A stretch of DNA of 64,000 bases from Spirochaetia bacterium. Its GTDB lineage: Bacteria > Spirochaetota > Spirochaetia > SZUA-6 > Bin103. Position numbers and translations under genes: made by a program. Of this stretch, positions 26,425-36,008 are shown in pieces (within the stretch, counting starts at the first letter, position 1; each line of letters starts with the position of its first letter). The DNA is taken from positions 5,504,001-5,568,000 of the forward strand of contig CBDBDQ010000005.1 in the NCBI GenBank assembly GCA_965203905.1, read 5' to 3'. The notes beneath the pieces are model-generated. The model had not been told where the DNA came from. It ran no database searches and was given only the letters and a program-made list of their open reading frames with translations.

Positions 26425-27421
26425 GCTGCCGCCGGAGTTGATCGCGCAGCGTCCGCCGGCGCAGCGCAGCGCGGCCCGCCTCATGCTGCTGGAGCGCGCG
26501 GGCGGAACGCTGCAGCACCTGGGGGTGCGCGACCTGCCGGGGCTGCTGCAGGCGGGGACGGTGCTGGTGCTGAACGACACCCGGGTGTTGCATGCGCGCC
26601 TGATCGGGCACTTGCCGGGAGGCCGCCCGGTGCCGTTCCTGCTGCTGGAAGCGACCGCCGGAGGCGCCTGCTGGACCGCGCTGGCACCCGGCGCGCGCCG
26701 CCTGCCGCGCGCCGCCGGGCGCCTGTCCTTCCCCGGGGGAGTCGCTGCCACGCTGGCCGCGGGAGTCCGCGGAACGGTGCGGCTCACCTTCACCGCCCCG
26801 GTCGACGCAGCCTATCTGGAGCGGCACGGCGCCGTGCCGCTGCCGCCGTACATCCGGCGTGGCCCCGACCGCGCCGACGCCGACCGCTACCAGACCGTGT
26901 ACGCGACCACCCCCGGGTCGGTCGCCGCTCCCACCGCCGGACTCCACTTCACCCCTCTCCTGCTGCGGCAACTGGAGCGGGCGGGGGTGATCGTGGTGCG
27001 GGTCACGCTGCACGTCGGCGCCGGCACCTTCGTGCCCATCCGTACCGCCCGCGTGGAGGAGCACACCATGCACCGGGAACGCTTCGTGGTCCCGGAGTCC
27101 ACCGCCCGGGCGGTGGCGGCGGCGCGCCGCGAAGGACGCCCGGTGATGGCGGTCGGCACCACCGTAGTCCGCACCCTGGAGTCGGCCTGGGACGGCGCTT
27201 CTGTACGCGCCGGCGCCGCCGACACCGACCTGTTCATCTACCCGGGATATCGCTTCCAGGTGGTGGATCAGCTCCTGACCAACTTCCACACTCCCGGCTC
27301 GACGCTGCTGGCCATGGTCAGTGCCCTGGCCGGCGAACGCCTCATCCGCACCGCCTACGCCACGGCCATCGCCCACCGCTACCGCTTCTTCTCCTACGGC
27401 GACGCCATGCTGATCCGCTGA
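26399..27421 (+). CDS. queA: S-adenosylmethionine:tRNA ribosyltransferase-isomerase
   Basis: Motifs LP.ELIAQ.P, PLPPYI, YQTVYA, AAPTAGLHF and FFSYGDAM. Confidence 0.97.
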   Translation: METSRFCFELPPELIAQRPPAQRSAARLMLLERAGGTLQHLGVRDLPGLLQAGTVLVLNDTRVLHARLIGHLPGGRPVPFLLLEATAGGACWTALAPGARRLPRAAGRLSFPGGVAATLAAGVRGTVRLTFTAPVDAAYLERHGAVPLPPYIRRGPDRADADRYQTVYATTPGSVAAPTAGLHFTPLLLRQLERAGVIVVRVTLHVGAGTFVPIRTARVEEHTMHRERFVVPESTARAVAAARREGRPVMAVGTTVVRTLESAWDGASVRAGAADTDLFIYPGYRFQVVDQLLTNFHTPGSTLLAMVSALAGERLIRTAYATAIAHRYRFFSYGDAMLIR

Positions 27422-27494
27422 CGCCGCACGCCGGCGCCCGCGTCGGCTGCCGCCTTGGGCGCCCTGGGCGCCGCGGGGCGCTGGGCAGGCTGCG

Positions 27495-27522
27495 CACGGT
27501 GGCGTACCATGGGCCCACCGTG
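27495..27522. terminator. Hairpin between the convergent queA and tmk genes
   Basis: Inverted repeat cacggtgg/ccaccgtg. No U-tract. Confidence 0.35.
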
Positions 27523-27529
27523 GCTCGGT

Positions 27530-28159
27530 TCAGCCGCGTCCCTGCAGGTGATGCCAGATGCGCGCGAACACCGCGTCTCGTGAGCCGCTGCCGTCGACCC
27601 GACCTACGGTCATCCCGTGGTCCGCGAACTGGCGCAGCACGGCAAGGTACCGTTGGCGCAGCCGTTGCTGCAGGGGCAGTTCCTCGAACAGCTCGCGCCG
27701 TTGCCGGGCCGCCATCCGCTGCTGGCATTGCTCCGGCGGCGTATCGACGAAAATCAGGTGGCGGGGCAGGGGGAAGCGCCCGTTGAGTGCGGCGACGTAG
27801 GCGGCGGAGCAACCGAGTGACTGGTACACGAGACTTGAGAACAGGTAACGGTCGCAGACCACGTAGCCGCCTGCCTGCAGCCTCGGCACGATGCCGTCGG
27901 GCGCATACAGGTGCTCGCTGCGGTCGGCGGCGAACAGCAGCGCCAATGTGCAGGGGGTCATCCGGAGTTCGCCCCGCAGCGCGGAGCGAAGCAGTCTGCC
28001 GATCGGCCCCCCGGTGGGTTCGCGAGTGGCGTGACAGCGTTCTCCGCGGCGTTGCAGGGCTTCCATCAGCAGCCCCGACTGGGTGGTGGTGCCGGCGCCG
28101 TCAAGGCCTTCCAGCACCACGAACCGGTCCAGGATTCCGCCTTCCCACGAGGTCGCCAT
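27530..28159 (-). CDS. tmk: Thymidylate kinase
   Basis: Motifs VLEGLDGAGTTTQ, REP, LLFAADR and DRY..SS.VYQ. Confidence 0.95.
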   Translation of the reverse strand: MATSWEGGILDRFVVLEGLDGAGTTTQSGLLMEALQRRGERCHATREPTGGPIGRLLRSALRGELRMTPCTLALLFAADRSEHLYAPDGIVPRLQAGGYVVCDRYLFSSLVYQSLGCSAAYVAALNGRFPLPRHLIFVDTPPEQCQQRMAARQRRELFEELPLQQRLRQRYLAVLRQFADHGMTVGRVDGSGSRDAVFARIWHHLQGRG

Positions 28160-28239
28160 GTACGTGTCCCCGCAGTGTATACCACGGGGGGCGGTGGCGG
28201 GGTACGGCGCCGCGATGGCCGCGGCCGCGGGGAGCTTCC

Positions 28240-29670
28240 GTGGCGCTGCTGAGTGTGCTGGCGGTCGCGCTCTCGGCGTGGTCCGCAGCGGCGCAGGCTT
28301 CCGACCGCGCCGTGGAGTTGGAGGTGCCCGCGCTCACCGTGACTGCGGAGGATCCGCTGACGCTGCTGCCACCCCTGGGACCGGCACCGGATGATTCCCC
28401 GATCCCGCTGCCGGCGCCCGACGCCACGCGGGCCCGGCACCGCGAGTCACCGCCGGCGCCTCCGTCCGGAAGCGGCGCCGTGCCGTTACCGGCGGTCGCA
28501 CTGCAGTCCGCGCGGGCCCCGGACGCGCTGCCCCGGAGCAGCGACCTTGCAGGGCGTGTGGTACTCCTGGACGTGGCCGGTTTGCGAGCATTGCACGCCG
28601 CCTTGCTGCTGGCGACCGGGGCTGCGGACCGGGAGGAGGCGTTGGCACTTGCGGCAACCACGCCACTGCTGGGAGAGGGTGCGACCCGAGTCGCGGCGCA
28701 CGCCGCGATGAATGCCGGCGGCTGGCGGATCGGACTGGATCTTGCCCTGGCCGGGGCGGCCAGCGCCCGGCTTGGCCAGGGGCGGCTGGCGGCGGACGGC
28801 CCGGTTGCCGCCACGGTTACGTACGCAAGCTGGCGTACCGGGTCCCGCGCCGCGCTGGAGGCGCTGCTGGGCCTTGAGCTACTGCCACTGCCACCGGCGT
28901 TGGAGGTGGCAATTGGCGCCGCGGTCGCCATTGATGCCGGCGCCGTGTCCGTGTTCCCGGCCGGCCGCGTGACCTTTGCTCCGGCCGCGGAGTGGAGCAT
29001 CGAGGCCGGCATACGTCCCGTTGTCGGGTTCCCGGCGTGGCTGATTGATCCCGCGGCAAGGGTGACGGACCATCTCGAGGTGACGCCGGAGCGCGCGTGG
29101 ATGGCATGGCTGGGAGGCGGCTACGGGGATCTCGACCTGCGCCTCGGGGTGGCGCATGGCCTGATTCACCGATTCGACGGCGAATCGGTGGCCAGCATGG
29201 GCGCCGATGCCGTGTTGGCGCGGCTGATGCTGCAATGGGACACGGTGGCGCGCCGCGGCCCGCCCGCCGACATCAGGTTGCGGGTAGTCGCCGGTGCGAC
29301 CGTAGCATGGACCCCAGGAGTGGAGCCGCGGGCGGCTGAGGCCAGTTTCTGGTCGGCCGAAGTGGTGGGACGGCTGCTGCTGGAGGCGGACTGGCCGGTC
29401 CTGGCGACGCCTCCGGTCGCCGTGCTGGTGCGGGCCGGGCTCCTGCAGGCACCGGTGTTCGGAGTGGAGGAATGGTTGGCGGCCGGCCCGGCGTACCTCG
29501 GCCTGTCCGCGGCCGCGGGCCTGCGCTGGGCGCCGGCGCACGGTCATCAACTGAAGTTTCTCGCCGGAATACGCGGACCTTCCGAGCGCGACTTGACGGC
29601 GTTCGCAGGAATCGAGTACGCCCGCAGTGTGGTGCGTCTGGTGGCACCTCCGGTAACGGCTGCACGATGA
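28240..29670 (+). CDS. Hypothetical outer-membrane protein; TonB-dependent-transporter-like barrel with a TonB-box-like motif and no evident plug
   Basis: Signal peptide, then ALTVTAE, then a Pro-rich linker. The segment FPAGRVTFAP..EWSIEAG...FP.....EVTPERAW...LG resembles TBDT barrel motifs. Stop overlaps the exbB start. Confidence 0.55.
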   Translation: MALLSVLAVALSAWSAAAQASDRAVELEVPALTVTAEDPLTLLPPLGPAPDDSPIPLPAPDATRARHRESPPAPPSGSGAVPLPAVALQSARAPDALPRSSDLAGRVVLLDVAGLRALHAALLLATGAADREEALALAATTPLLGEGATRVAAHAAMNAGGWRIGLDLALAGAASARLGQGRLAADGPVAATVTYASWRTGSRAALEALLGLELLPLPPALEVAIGAAVAIDAGAVSVFPAGRVTFAPAAEWSIEAGIRPVVGFPAWLIDPAARVTDHLEVTPERAWMAWLGGGYGDLDLRLGVAHGLIHRFDGESVASMGADAVLARLMLQWDTVARRGPPADIRLRVVAGATVAWTPGVEPRAAEASFWSAEVVGRLLLEADWPVLATPPVAVLVRAGLLQAPVFGVEEWLAAGPAYLGLSAAAGLRWAPAHGHQLKFLAGIRGPSERDLTAFAGIEYARSVVRLVAPPVTAAR

Positions 29671-30281
29671 TGAGTCTGATTCTGCAGGGCGGGTTCCTGC
29701 TGGTGCCGATCGTGTTGCTCTCGCTGGCGGCCGTGTTTCTGATCTTCGAACGTTCGCTGTACTACTGGCAGCAGCGGGAGCGTGAACCGGATCTCACCGC
29801 CGCGGTGGTGGCACGCCTGGAGCAGACCTCGGTGCGCGCGCTGAGCGTCGATCTGGGTCGCAGCCGTTCACCCGAAGCGCGCGTGATCGCGGCCGCCCTC
29901 GGCAGTGGCAGGCAGCTTGCCCGGGCCGACCATCGGCGCCGTCTCGACTACGCGGTGTTGAAGGAAATCGCAGCGTTGGAGCGCCACGTTCCCTACCTGC
30001 AGAGCATCGCCAATATCGCCACGCTGCTCGGACTGCTGGGCACGGTGATCGGCATGATCGCGGCGTTCCTGAACATGCGCGCCTCCGGCAGTACCGATCT
30101 CACCGTCCTGTCGGGCGGCATCGCCCAGGCGCTGATCACTACCGCCGCCGGTCTCACGGTGGCGATACCGAGCACCCTGTTCCATCATCTGTTTGCCAAC
30201 CACGTCCAGCGTACCGTGGCCCGTCTCAACATCGCCGTGAGCGAGTTGAGCGCGTACTTTGCCGGCAGCGACAGGGTATAA
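29667..30281 (+). CDS. exbB: MotA/TolQ/ExbB proton-channel protein
   Basis: Motifs TLLGLLGTV.GMI.AF and GGI.QAL.TTA.GL.VAIP. Confidence 0.93.
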   Translation: MMSLILQGGFLLVPIVLLSLAAVFLIFERSLYYWQQREREPDLTAAVVARLEQTSVRALSVDLGRSRSPEARVIAAALGSGRQLARADHRRRLDYAVLKEIAALERHVPYLQSIANIATLLGLLGTVIGMIAAFLNMRASGSTDLTVLSGGIAQALITTAAGLTVAIPSTLFHHLFANHVQRTVARLNIAVSELSAYFAGSDRV

Positions 30282-30314
30282 TGTAAGTGCGCCGCGTATG
30301 GCGAGGAAAGGCCG

Positions 30315-30746
30315 GTGGATCAGCAGTACTACCGCAGTTCGTTGAGCACGGGAGCGTCGCTCCCCCTGACACCGCTCATCGATATGGTGTTCCTCATCGT
30401 CGTCTTCTTCATGGTCAACGCCACCTTCGCGGTGCATTCGGCCATTCCGGTGCAGTTGCCCCACGCGGACGGTGATGACGCGTCCGGCAGCCCGGCATTG
30501 ACCATCACCGTCGACGGCTCGGGCCAGATCTTCATCCAGAGCGGTGGCGAGGCGGTGGCCGTGACGCTCGACCGGCTGCCCTTCGTGTTGGCTGCGCTCC
30601 AGCCCGAGGGTTCGATCTCGCGCGCGGTGCTGCACGGCGACGCCGGCGCCCGGTACGGCCGCCTGGTAGCGGTCATGGACGTACTCCGCAGTGCCGGGGT
30701 CACCGATCTCAACCTGGTCACCGCGCGCCCCCCGGCAGCGCCATGA
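30315..30746 (+). CDS. exbD: ExbD/TolR family protein
   Basis: Motifs LTPLIDMVFLIVVFFM, V.LP and GD....YG.LV.VMD.LR.AG. Confidence 0.93.
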   Translation: MDQQYYRSSLSTGASLPLTPLIDMVFLIVVFFMVNATFAVHSAIPVQLPHADGDDASGSPALTITVDGSGQIFIQSGGEAVAVTLDRLPFVLAALQPEGSISRAVLHGDAGARYGRLVAVMDVLRSAGVTDLNLVTARPPAAP

Positions 30747-31465
30747 CCCTGGCGCGCGAGTCCCGGGCCCTCATAGCGAGCCTGGCGCTCCATCTGCTGC
30801 TGCTGTTGCTGCTGATCTCGATACGCCAGCCGGTCATGGAACCGCGCGCGCCCGTGCTGCGCCTCAAGCTTCCGGACCCGGGCAGCGATCGGGAGCTGTC
30901 GGGCGCCGCTACGGCGCAACGCGCGCCCGCACCGACGCCGGCGGCGGCGGGAGTCGGCCCAGGTGCGTCGGGGGCGATCGCCCCGCGGCCGCAACTCGTG
31001 ATGCCCACCGGTGATGGCGGTCCGCCGGCGCTGCAGGCTCCGGTGGTGGGACGTCCGGTGGTGGGGAGCGCCGGCCTGTTGCCGCAGCCCGCCGCGGCCC
31101 TGGCGGCTGCCGTGAGCGCCTACCGGGCCGGCGTCGCGCCGGCGCCGGTAGCGGTCAGTGACTCCGAGGCGCCTCCGCCGCTGCCCAGGGTCACCCGCTA
31201 CGGACTCCCGGCGCTCAGGCGCGGCATCGCCTTGCCCTATCCCGAGGAGTTGATCGCACGCGGAGTCGAGGCCGACGTGGTGCTGCGTCTGACGGTGGCC
31301 GAGGACGGCAGGGTGACCGGGGTAGAGGTGCTGCAGAGCTCCGGGCTCTCCACGGTCGACGCCGAGGTGCGGCAGGCTCTGCGCCAGTACCTGTTCGCGG
31401 CTTCCGCGGAGGGCCCGGTAGCAGGCACCGTTCAGGTCCGCTACCGTCTGGAGCGCGGTTTTTGA
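30743..31465 (+). CDS. tonB: Energy transducer TonB
   Basis: N-terminal TM with SLALH, a Pro/Ala-rich linker, and a C-domain with YP......GVEA.V.L...V..DG.V..VEV..SSG...D. Confidence 0.88.
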   Translation: MTLARESRALIASLALHLLLLLLLISIRQPVMEPRAPVLRLKLPDPGSDRELSGAATAQRAPAPTPAAAGVGPGASGAIAPRPQLVMPTGDGGPPALQAPVVGRPVVGSAGLLPQPAAALAAAVSAYRAGVAPAPVAVSDSEAPPPLPRVTRYGLPALRRGIALPYPEELIARGVEADVVLRLTVAEDGRVTGVEVLQSSGLSTVDAEVRQALRQYLFAASAEGPVAGTVQVRYRLERGF

Positions 31466-34400
31466 GTAACGGGCGACTGTTCCGGCGCAGCTCGCGCTGG
31501 CGGCCTTCGATGCTGGAGTTGGCGCTGCTGCTGCTGATCATCGGCGGCGCGGGGTGGGGCGTGCGCTCCCTCGGCGAAGTGGTGGAGAGCCATGTCGTCG
31601 CCAAGCGCGAGGAAGCGATCGGCGCGCTGTTCAAACTGTTGAACCGCAACGTCAGCTACCGTGACATCTCGCCATCCTTGCTGCGTGCCATAGAGATTCG
31701 CGACCTGACCGTCTACAGCAGCGACACTCCCGATCAACCGCTGATGACGATCCGCCGGCTGCGCCTGCGTTACAGCCTGACTCGGCTCCTCACCACTCTG
31801 GACCCGGTTGCTTCATTGCGCGAAGTGCAGCTTGTGGATTCCCGCCTTACCGTCGACCTCGAGCGGGACCAGGAGCTGGTTCAGGTGCTGCAGGCGATCG
31901 GGCTGGCGGTCGGCGGCACGGGCGACTCGCGGGCGGTCGAGGGTGTCATTATTCCGCCGGTGACGCTCGCGGGAGCCAATCTCGGCGTGACCCTGCAGGG
32001 AACGGGATTCCGCCTGGAACTGGGTGACCTGTTCTTCCGGGTGCGCACGGGCGAGCGGTTGCGGGTCACCGCCCGTGGCAGCGCTCGGGCGTGGCCACCG
32101 GCACTCGCGCACCGCCTGCCGGGTTCCGGCCGGCATCTGGATGCCGACTTCCGCGTCACCGGTACCACCGCCCCCGATCTGAGCGACGCCGAACTCACCG
32201 TTCGTCTGGCCGAACTGACGTCGGCGGAGTTTCAGGCTGAGCCTCTGGACCTGCAGGTGGCGCTGTACGAGGACCGGCTGCGGGTAGTCCGGAACCAGGA
32301 TCGTATCCCGCTCGACCTGATGCTGGACCATGACTTGAGCAGCGGACGCAGCGAGCTGACGTTCGCCGCCACGGGGTTGAACCTGGCCGACCTTTTTCGG
32401 TTCGAGGAACAGCACTCGGTGTTCAGCCTGCTGCCCGGCGCCACGGTCAGCGGAAGCGCCCGCTGGGCTCACGACCCTGACCTCGGCATGGCGTACGAAG
32501 CCAAGCTCAGCGGCCATGTCTCCGCCGGGACGGACACTCCACCGGCCGCGGTAGCCCTGGAGGCGCAGGGTGACGACACCCGTTTGGAAGTGTCCAATCT
32601 GACCGTGGAGACCGCGGAAGGTGGTCTCGACTTCGCCGGCGACGTGCTGCTCGATACCCTGCTGCCGCAGGGAGAGCTGGCCATCCGCTCGCTGCAGGTG
32701 CGTACCGGGGAGAAGCTGAACGCACGGGTTTCGCTCACCCGTGGCGAGGATGGCGCCATGGCACTTCGCAGCCGGCGGCTGGAATTGGATGAGACCGGAT
32801 TCCGGCGCTTCGACCTGGATCTGCGCCCGGCCACGGCCGCGCCGCTGACCTACCGTTTCCAGGTCCGCGCCGAGGTACAGCAGGATTTCGCCAACTTCAT
32901 CGACGGCGAGGGACTGATCGATCTCTCGGAGGCCCCGCGGCTGGAGCTGGCCGCCACCTTCGAGAACCTCGACGCCGGCATCCTGCAGCGGCTCGTGGCG
33001 CCGCCGGGAGAGCAACAGCCGTGGTCCGCCAGAAGCCTCGATGCACTGCTCGTGAGCGGGAGCATTGATTCTGCCACCGATTTCGCAACCGTGGCTGTCC
33101 GCGCCCCCGGGTTGCGGCTCCGCGACAGTGCCGACCCCGACAACCGCCTTCAGCTCAGCCTTACCGCGAATGAGCGGGGCATGCGGCTCGAAGGGTTGGC
33201 GGCTGAATGGCTGGGGCTGGAGGTGCGCGGTCAGGCACAGGTGACGAGGGCAGCGGATCAGGTCGAGCTGGCGGCCGCGCTGACTGTAAACGAGATTCCC
33301 TACGACCTGCGCCTCACCCACATGCCGGGGCGCGGCATAACCGCTACCGGCAGTCACTCCCTGGAGTTCGCCGCGGAGTATGACGGCGAGGAGGTGGCGT
33401 TCAGCGGTTCCGCCGTGCGGCTGCCTGTCCCGCTGCCGTTCGCCGGCGCGCCGCTCGAAGCCACTCTGGCCTTCAACGGGCAGTTCGCGAGCCCCGAGGC
33501 ATGGTCGGTGCACAGCGATGCCGTAACGCTGCACCGGCTGCCGCTGGTTGACCAGACCGACATGCACGTCGAGGTGGGGATCCGGGCCGACTCCTCCGGT
33601 GTCCGCCTGGAGCCGGTCGTGATTCGTGACCGGTTCTCGGAGCTGCGCGGAACCGGCAGCGTCGCTTTGCCGGCGCGGACGGACCAGGTCACGGCGCAGT
33701 TCTCCCTGGCCGACGCGCAGCGGGCCGAGCGTTACGAGGTGGCCTTGCAGTTGGCCGGTGGCACGCTGGAGGCCACGGCACGGGTGCGCGGCCTTCCGTT
33801 GCAGCGCCTGAGTGAGCTTCCGCTCAGCGGCGACCTGCACGCGGACCTGCAGGCGACAGGCCCTTGGAAGGACCTGTCGTGGCAGGCGGCGCTGGAACTG
33901 CACAATGGCCGGCTCAATGACGAGGAGGTCGCGATGACCGCGGCGCTGGAGCGCTCCGCGGCCGGCATGGAGTTGCGCGACCTCAGGTTCGACTTCCTCA
34001 GCCACCGGCTGCGCAACGGCAGTGGAGTACTGCGGACGGAGAGCGGCCTGTTGGAGTTCGAGGCTGACTACTCCGCCGAGTACTTCGGCGATCCGGTAAC
34101 CGCACACCTGCGCTTCGCCGCCGCAGACCTGAAGCTGAGCGAGGCGAACAACCTGCGGGACGCCCTGTCCGCCGGGGTCAGCGGGCAGCTGAGCGTAGAG
34201 CGCATCCGGGTTGCAGACGCGGCGCTGGATCCGTGGCGGCTGAGGCTTGCAGCGCAGCGCGTCCGCGAGCCGGGAGCCGCCACCGACGGCCGTTCGAGCG
34301 AGACTGCCGGCGCGGCCGGGGCCAGCGACGCCGAGGCTCTCGTAGTCCGTTTCGAGGGCGGGCCGCACGATGCGTTCGCCGGCCGCGTGTCGACCGGCGG

Positions 34401-35907
34401 CGGGTTCGCGCTGCAGGTCCAGGAAGGACCCTATCCGTTGCACGGCAACGCCAGCGGCTCCGTGGTCGGAGGCCACATCAACGCCATGGTGGAGATCGCG
34501 GACGCGGACGCGCGCGTGATCAACGAGGTGCTGAGCCTGGCTCCGATCTCACTCCGGGCGGGCACCGCTTACGGCAGTGCGCGGGTGACGGGTCCGATCA
34601 GCGACCCCGATTTCTGGGGCGAGATCACCCTCGCCGGCGGCGTAGCGGAATCTCCGCTGTCACCGCAGCCGGTAGGCCCTTTCAGGGCTCGGCTGAGCCT
34701 CGACGAGAAGCAGGTCTCGATCTCCGGATTCGCGTCCGACGGCGGCGCAGCGCTGCCACTCTCGTTACGCGGCAGCGCCACCGTGGAGCGTTGGGTTCCG
34801 GCACTGTTCGCACTGGACCTGGCGACCACCGCTCCCGGCGGATTCCCGATCAGCTACCAGTTCGGGCCCATGCTGTTCGACGGCATGGCGGCCGGCGCGG
34901 TCACGGTCGCGAGCGACTTGGGAACGGTGACGATCGACGGTGAGGTCGAGGCGGTCAGGGCGGAAGTCTCTCTGGTCGAGATCGAACCCGTGTCCGGCTT
35001 GGACGACCCGTTGCGGGTGGACGTTGCCGTCACCACCGGACGCAGCGTGGAGTTCACCTGGCCGTCTCCCCAGTTTCCCGTCCTGCGGCTGCTGCTGGTG
35101 CCCTCCGAGGCGGTGCAGATCGGTTACGACGGGCGCTCCGGCGACATCTCCGTCCAGGGTGACCTGTCGGTGCGCGGCGGCGACCTGTTCTACTTCGACC
35201 GCCAGTTCCTGCTGCGCGAGGGCCAGATCAGCTTCACCGGGGATGAGACCAGCATCGACCCGTGGCTCCAGGTTCGCGCCGAGGCACGCCAACGCGATCC
35301 TCAGGGCCAGCCGGTGCGCATCATACTGGAGGCCGACACTACCCTCAGCCGGTTCGGTCCGGATACGGTGCGCCTCTCTTCCGACCCGCCACAGAGCGCG
35401 CTGGTGCTGGATGCCCTGCTGCGCGACCCGCTGGTACGGGGCGACGGGCCGGACGACGGGGGAGCGGCGGGAATGTCGGCAGCCGCCTTCTCGGGTGACC
35501 TGTTGGCGCAGGTGGCACTGCTGCGGCCGGTGGAACGGGCCCTGCGCGAGGCTCTGGGCGTGGACATGGTGAGCATCCGCTCACAGTTCGTGCAGAACCT
35601 GGTGCTGGACGGATTCGGCGCCTCGGACGCAACCGGCGTCGGCCCCGGAACCGGCAATCCGCTTGACAACACCTCCCTCTCTTTCGGAAAGTATCTGGGA
35701 AGTGACCTGTTTCTCACCATGCTGCTCCGCCTCGACGCTCCTGGTAGCCAGCCGGACGATGATTTGCCGCTGCTATCGGATATCGAGTTGAGCCTGGAGT
35801 GGGCTACTCCCTTCTTCATGCTCGAGTGGTCGTTTCTGCCGCGAAACCTGAACACCTTGTTCGTAACGGATAACTCGATCTCCCTGCGCTGGGGGTGGAG
35901 CTACTGA
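31462..35907 (+). CDS. tamB: TamB-like (AsmA superfamily, DUF490) translocation/assembly module protein
   Basis: 1481 aa with an N-terminal TM, a beta-rich body and a C-terminal DUF490-like region (F.LREG.I.F, DP.L..RAE, FGKYL). It lies directly upstream of bamA, as in spirochaetes. Confidence 0.85.
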   Translation: MSNGRLFRRSSRWRPSMLELALLLLIIGGAGWGVRSLGEVVESHVVAKREEAIGALFKLLNRNVSYRDISPSLLRAIEIRDLTVYSSDTPDQPLMTIRRLRLRYSLTRLLTTLDPVASLREVQLVDSRLTVDLERDQELVQVLQAIGLAVGGTGDSRAVEGVIIPPVTLAGANLGVTLQGTGFRLELGDLFFRVRTGERLRVTARGSARAWPPALAHRLPGSGRHLDADFRVTGTTAPDLSDAELTVRLAELTSAEFQAEPLDLQVALYEDRLRVVRNQDRIPLDLMLDHDLSSGRSELTFAATGLNLADLFRFEEQHSVFSLLPGATVSGSARWAHDPDLGMAYEAKLSGHVSAGTDTPPAAVALEAQGDDTRLEVSNLTVETAEGGLDFAGDVLLDTLLPQGELAIRSLQVRTGEKLNARVSLTRGEDGAMALRSRRLELDETGFRRFDLDLRPATAAPLTYRFQVRAEVQQDFANFIDGEGLIDLSEAPRLELAATFENLDAGILQRLVAPPGEQQPWSARSLDALLVSGSIDSATDFATVAVRAPGLRLRDSADPDNRLQLSLTANERGMRLEGLAAEWLGLEVRGQAQVTRAADQVELAAALTVNEIPYDLRLTHMPGRGITATGSHSLEFAAEYDGEEVAFSGSAVRLPVPLPFAGAPLEATLAFNGQFASPEAWSVHSDAVTLHRLPLVDQTDMHVEVGIRADSSGVRLEPVVIRDRFSELRGTGSVALPARTDQVTAQFSLADAQRAERYEVALQLAGGTLEATARVRGLPLQRLSELPLSGDLHADLQATGPWKDLSWQAALELHNGRLNDEEVAMTAALERSAAGMELRDLRFDFLSHRLRNGSGVLRTESGLLEFEADYSAEYFGDPVTAHLRFAAADLKLSEANNLRDALSAGVSGQLSVERIRVADAALDPWRLRLAAQRVREPGAATDGRSSETAGAAGASDAEALVVRFEGGPHDAFAGRVSTGGGFALQVQEGPYPLHGNASGSVVGGHINAMVEIADADARVINEVLSLAPISLRAGTAYGSARVTGPISDPDFWGEITLAGGVAESPLSPQPVGPFRARLSLDEKQVSISGFASDGGAALPLSLRGSATVERWVPALFALDLATTAPGGFPISYQFGPMLFDGMAAGAVTVASDLGTVTIDGEVEAVRAEVSLVEIEPVSGLDDPLRVDVAVTTGRSVEFTWPSPQFPVLRLLLVPSEAVQIGYDGRSGDISVQGDLSVRGGDLFYFDRQFLLREGQISFTGDETSIDPWLQVRAEARQRDPQGQPVRIILEADTTLSRFGPDTVRLSSDPPQSALVLDALLRDPLVRGDGPDDGGAAGMSAAAFSGDLLAQVALLRPVERALREALGVDMVSIRSQFVQNLVLDGFGASDATGVGPGTGNPLDNTSLSFGKYLGSDLFLTMLLRLDAPGSQPDDDLPLLSDIELSLEWATPFFMLEWSFLPRNLNTLFVTDNSISLRWGWSY

Positions 35908-35941
35908 GGACGCCGCCCAGGCCTTCCGGCCCCAGCCTCGT

Positions 35942-35986
35942 GACAGTTTCCAACTGCAAGACAGTGCCCAACTGCAAGACAGTGCC
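35942..35986. repeat. 2.5 copies of an 18-bp unit with internal CAGT-N5-ACTG dyads between tamB and bamA
   Basis: gacagtttccaactgcaa gacagtgcccaactgcaa gacagtgcc. Confidence 0.85.
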
Positions 35987-36008
35987 GATCTACCTTCGCC
36001 GACGCCGG

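Noticed and set aside
31813-34476. 887-aa minus-strand ORF and other long antisense ORFs
   Set aside because: These are typical stop-poor shadow frames of high-GC genes (tamB, pnp, enolase).
35895-36008. BamA N-terminal extension containing NCKTV repeats
   Set aside because: It precedes the signal peptide and overlaps the tamB end, so it is treated as non-coding.
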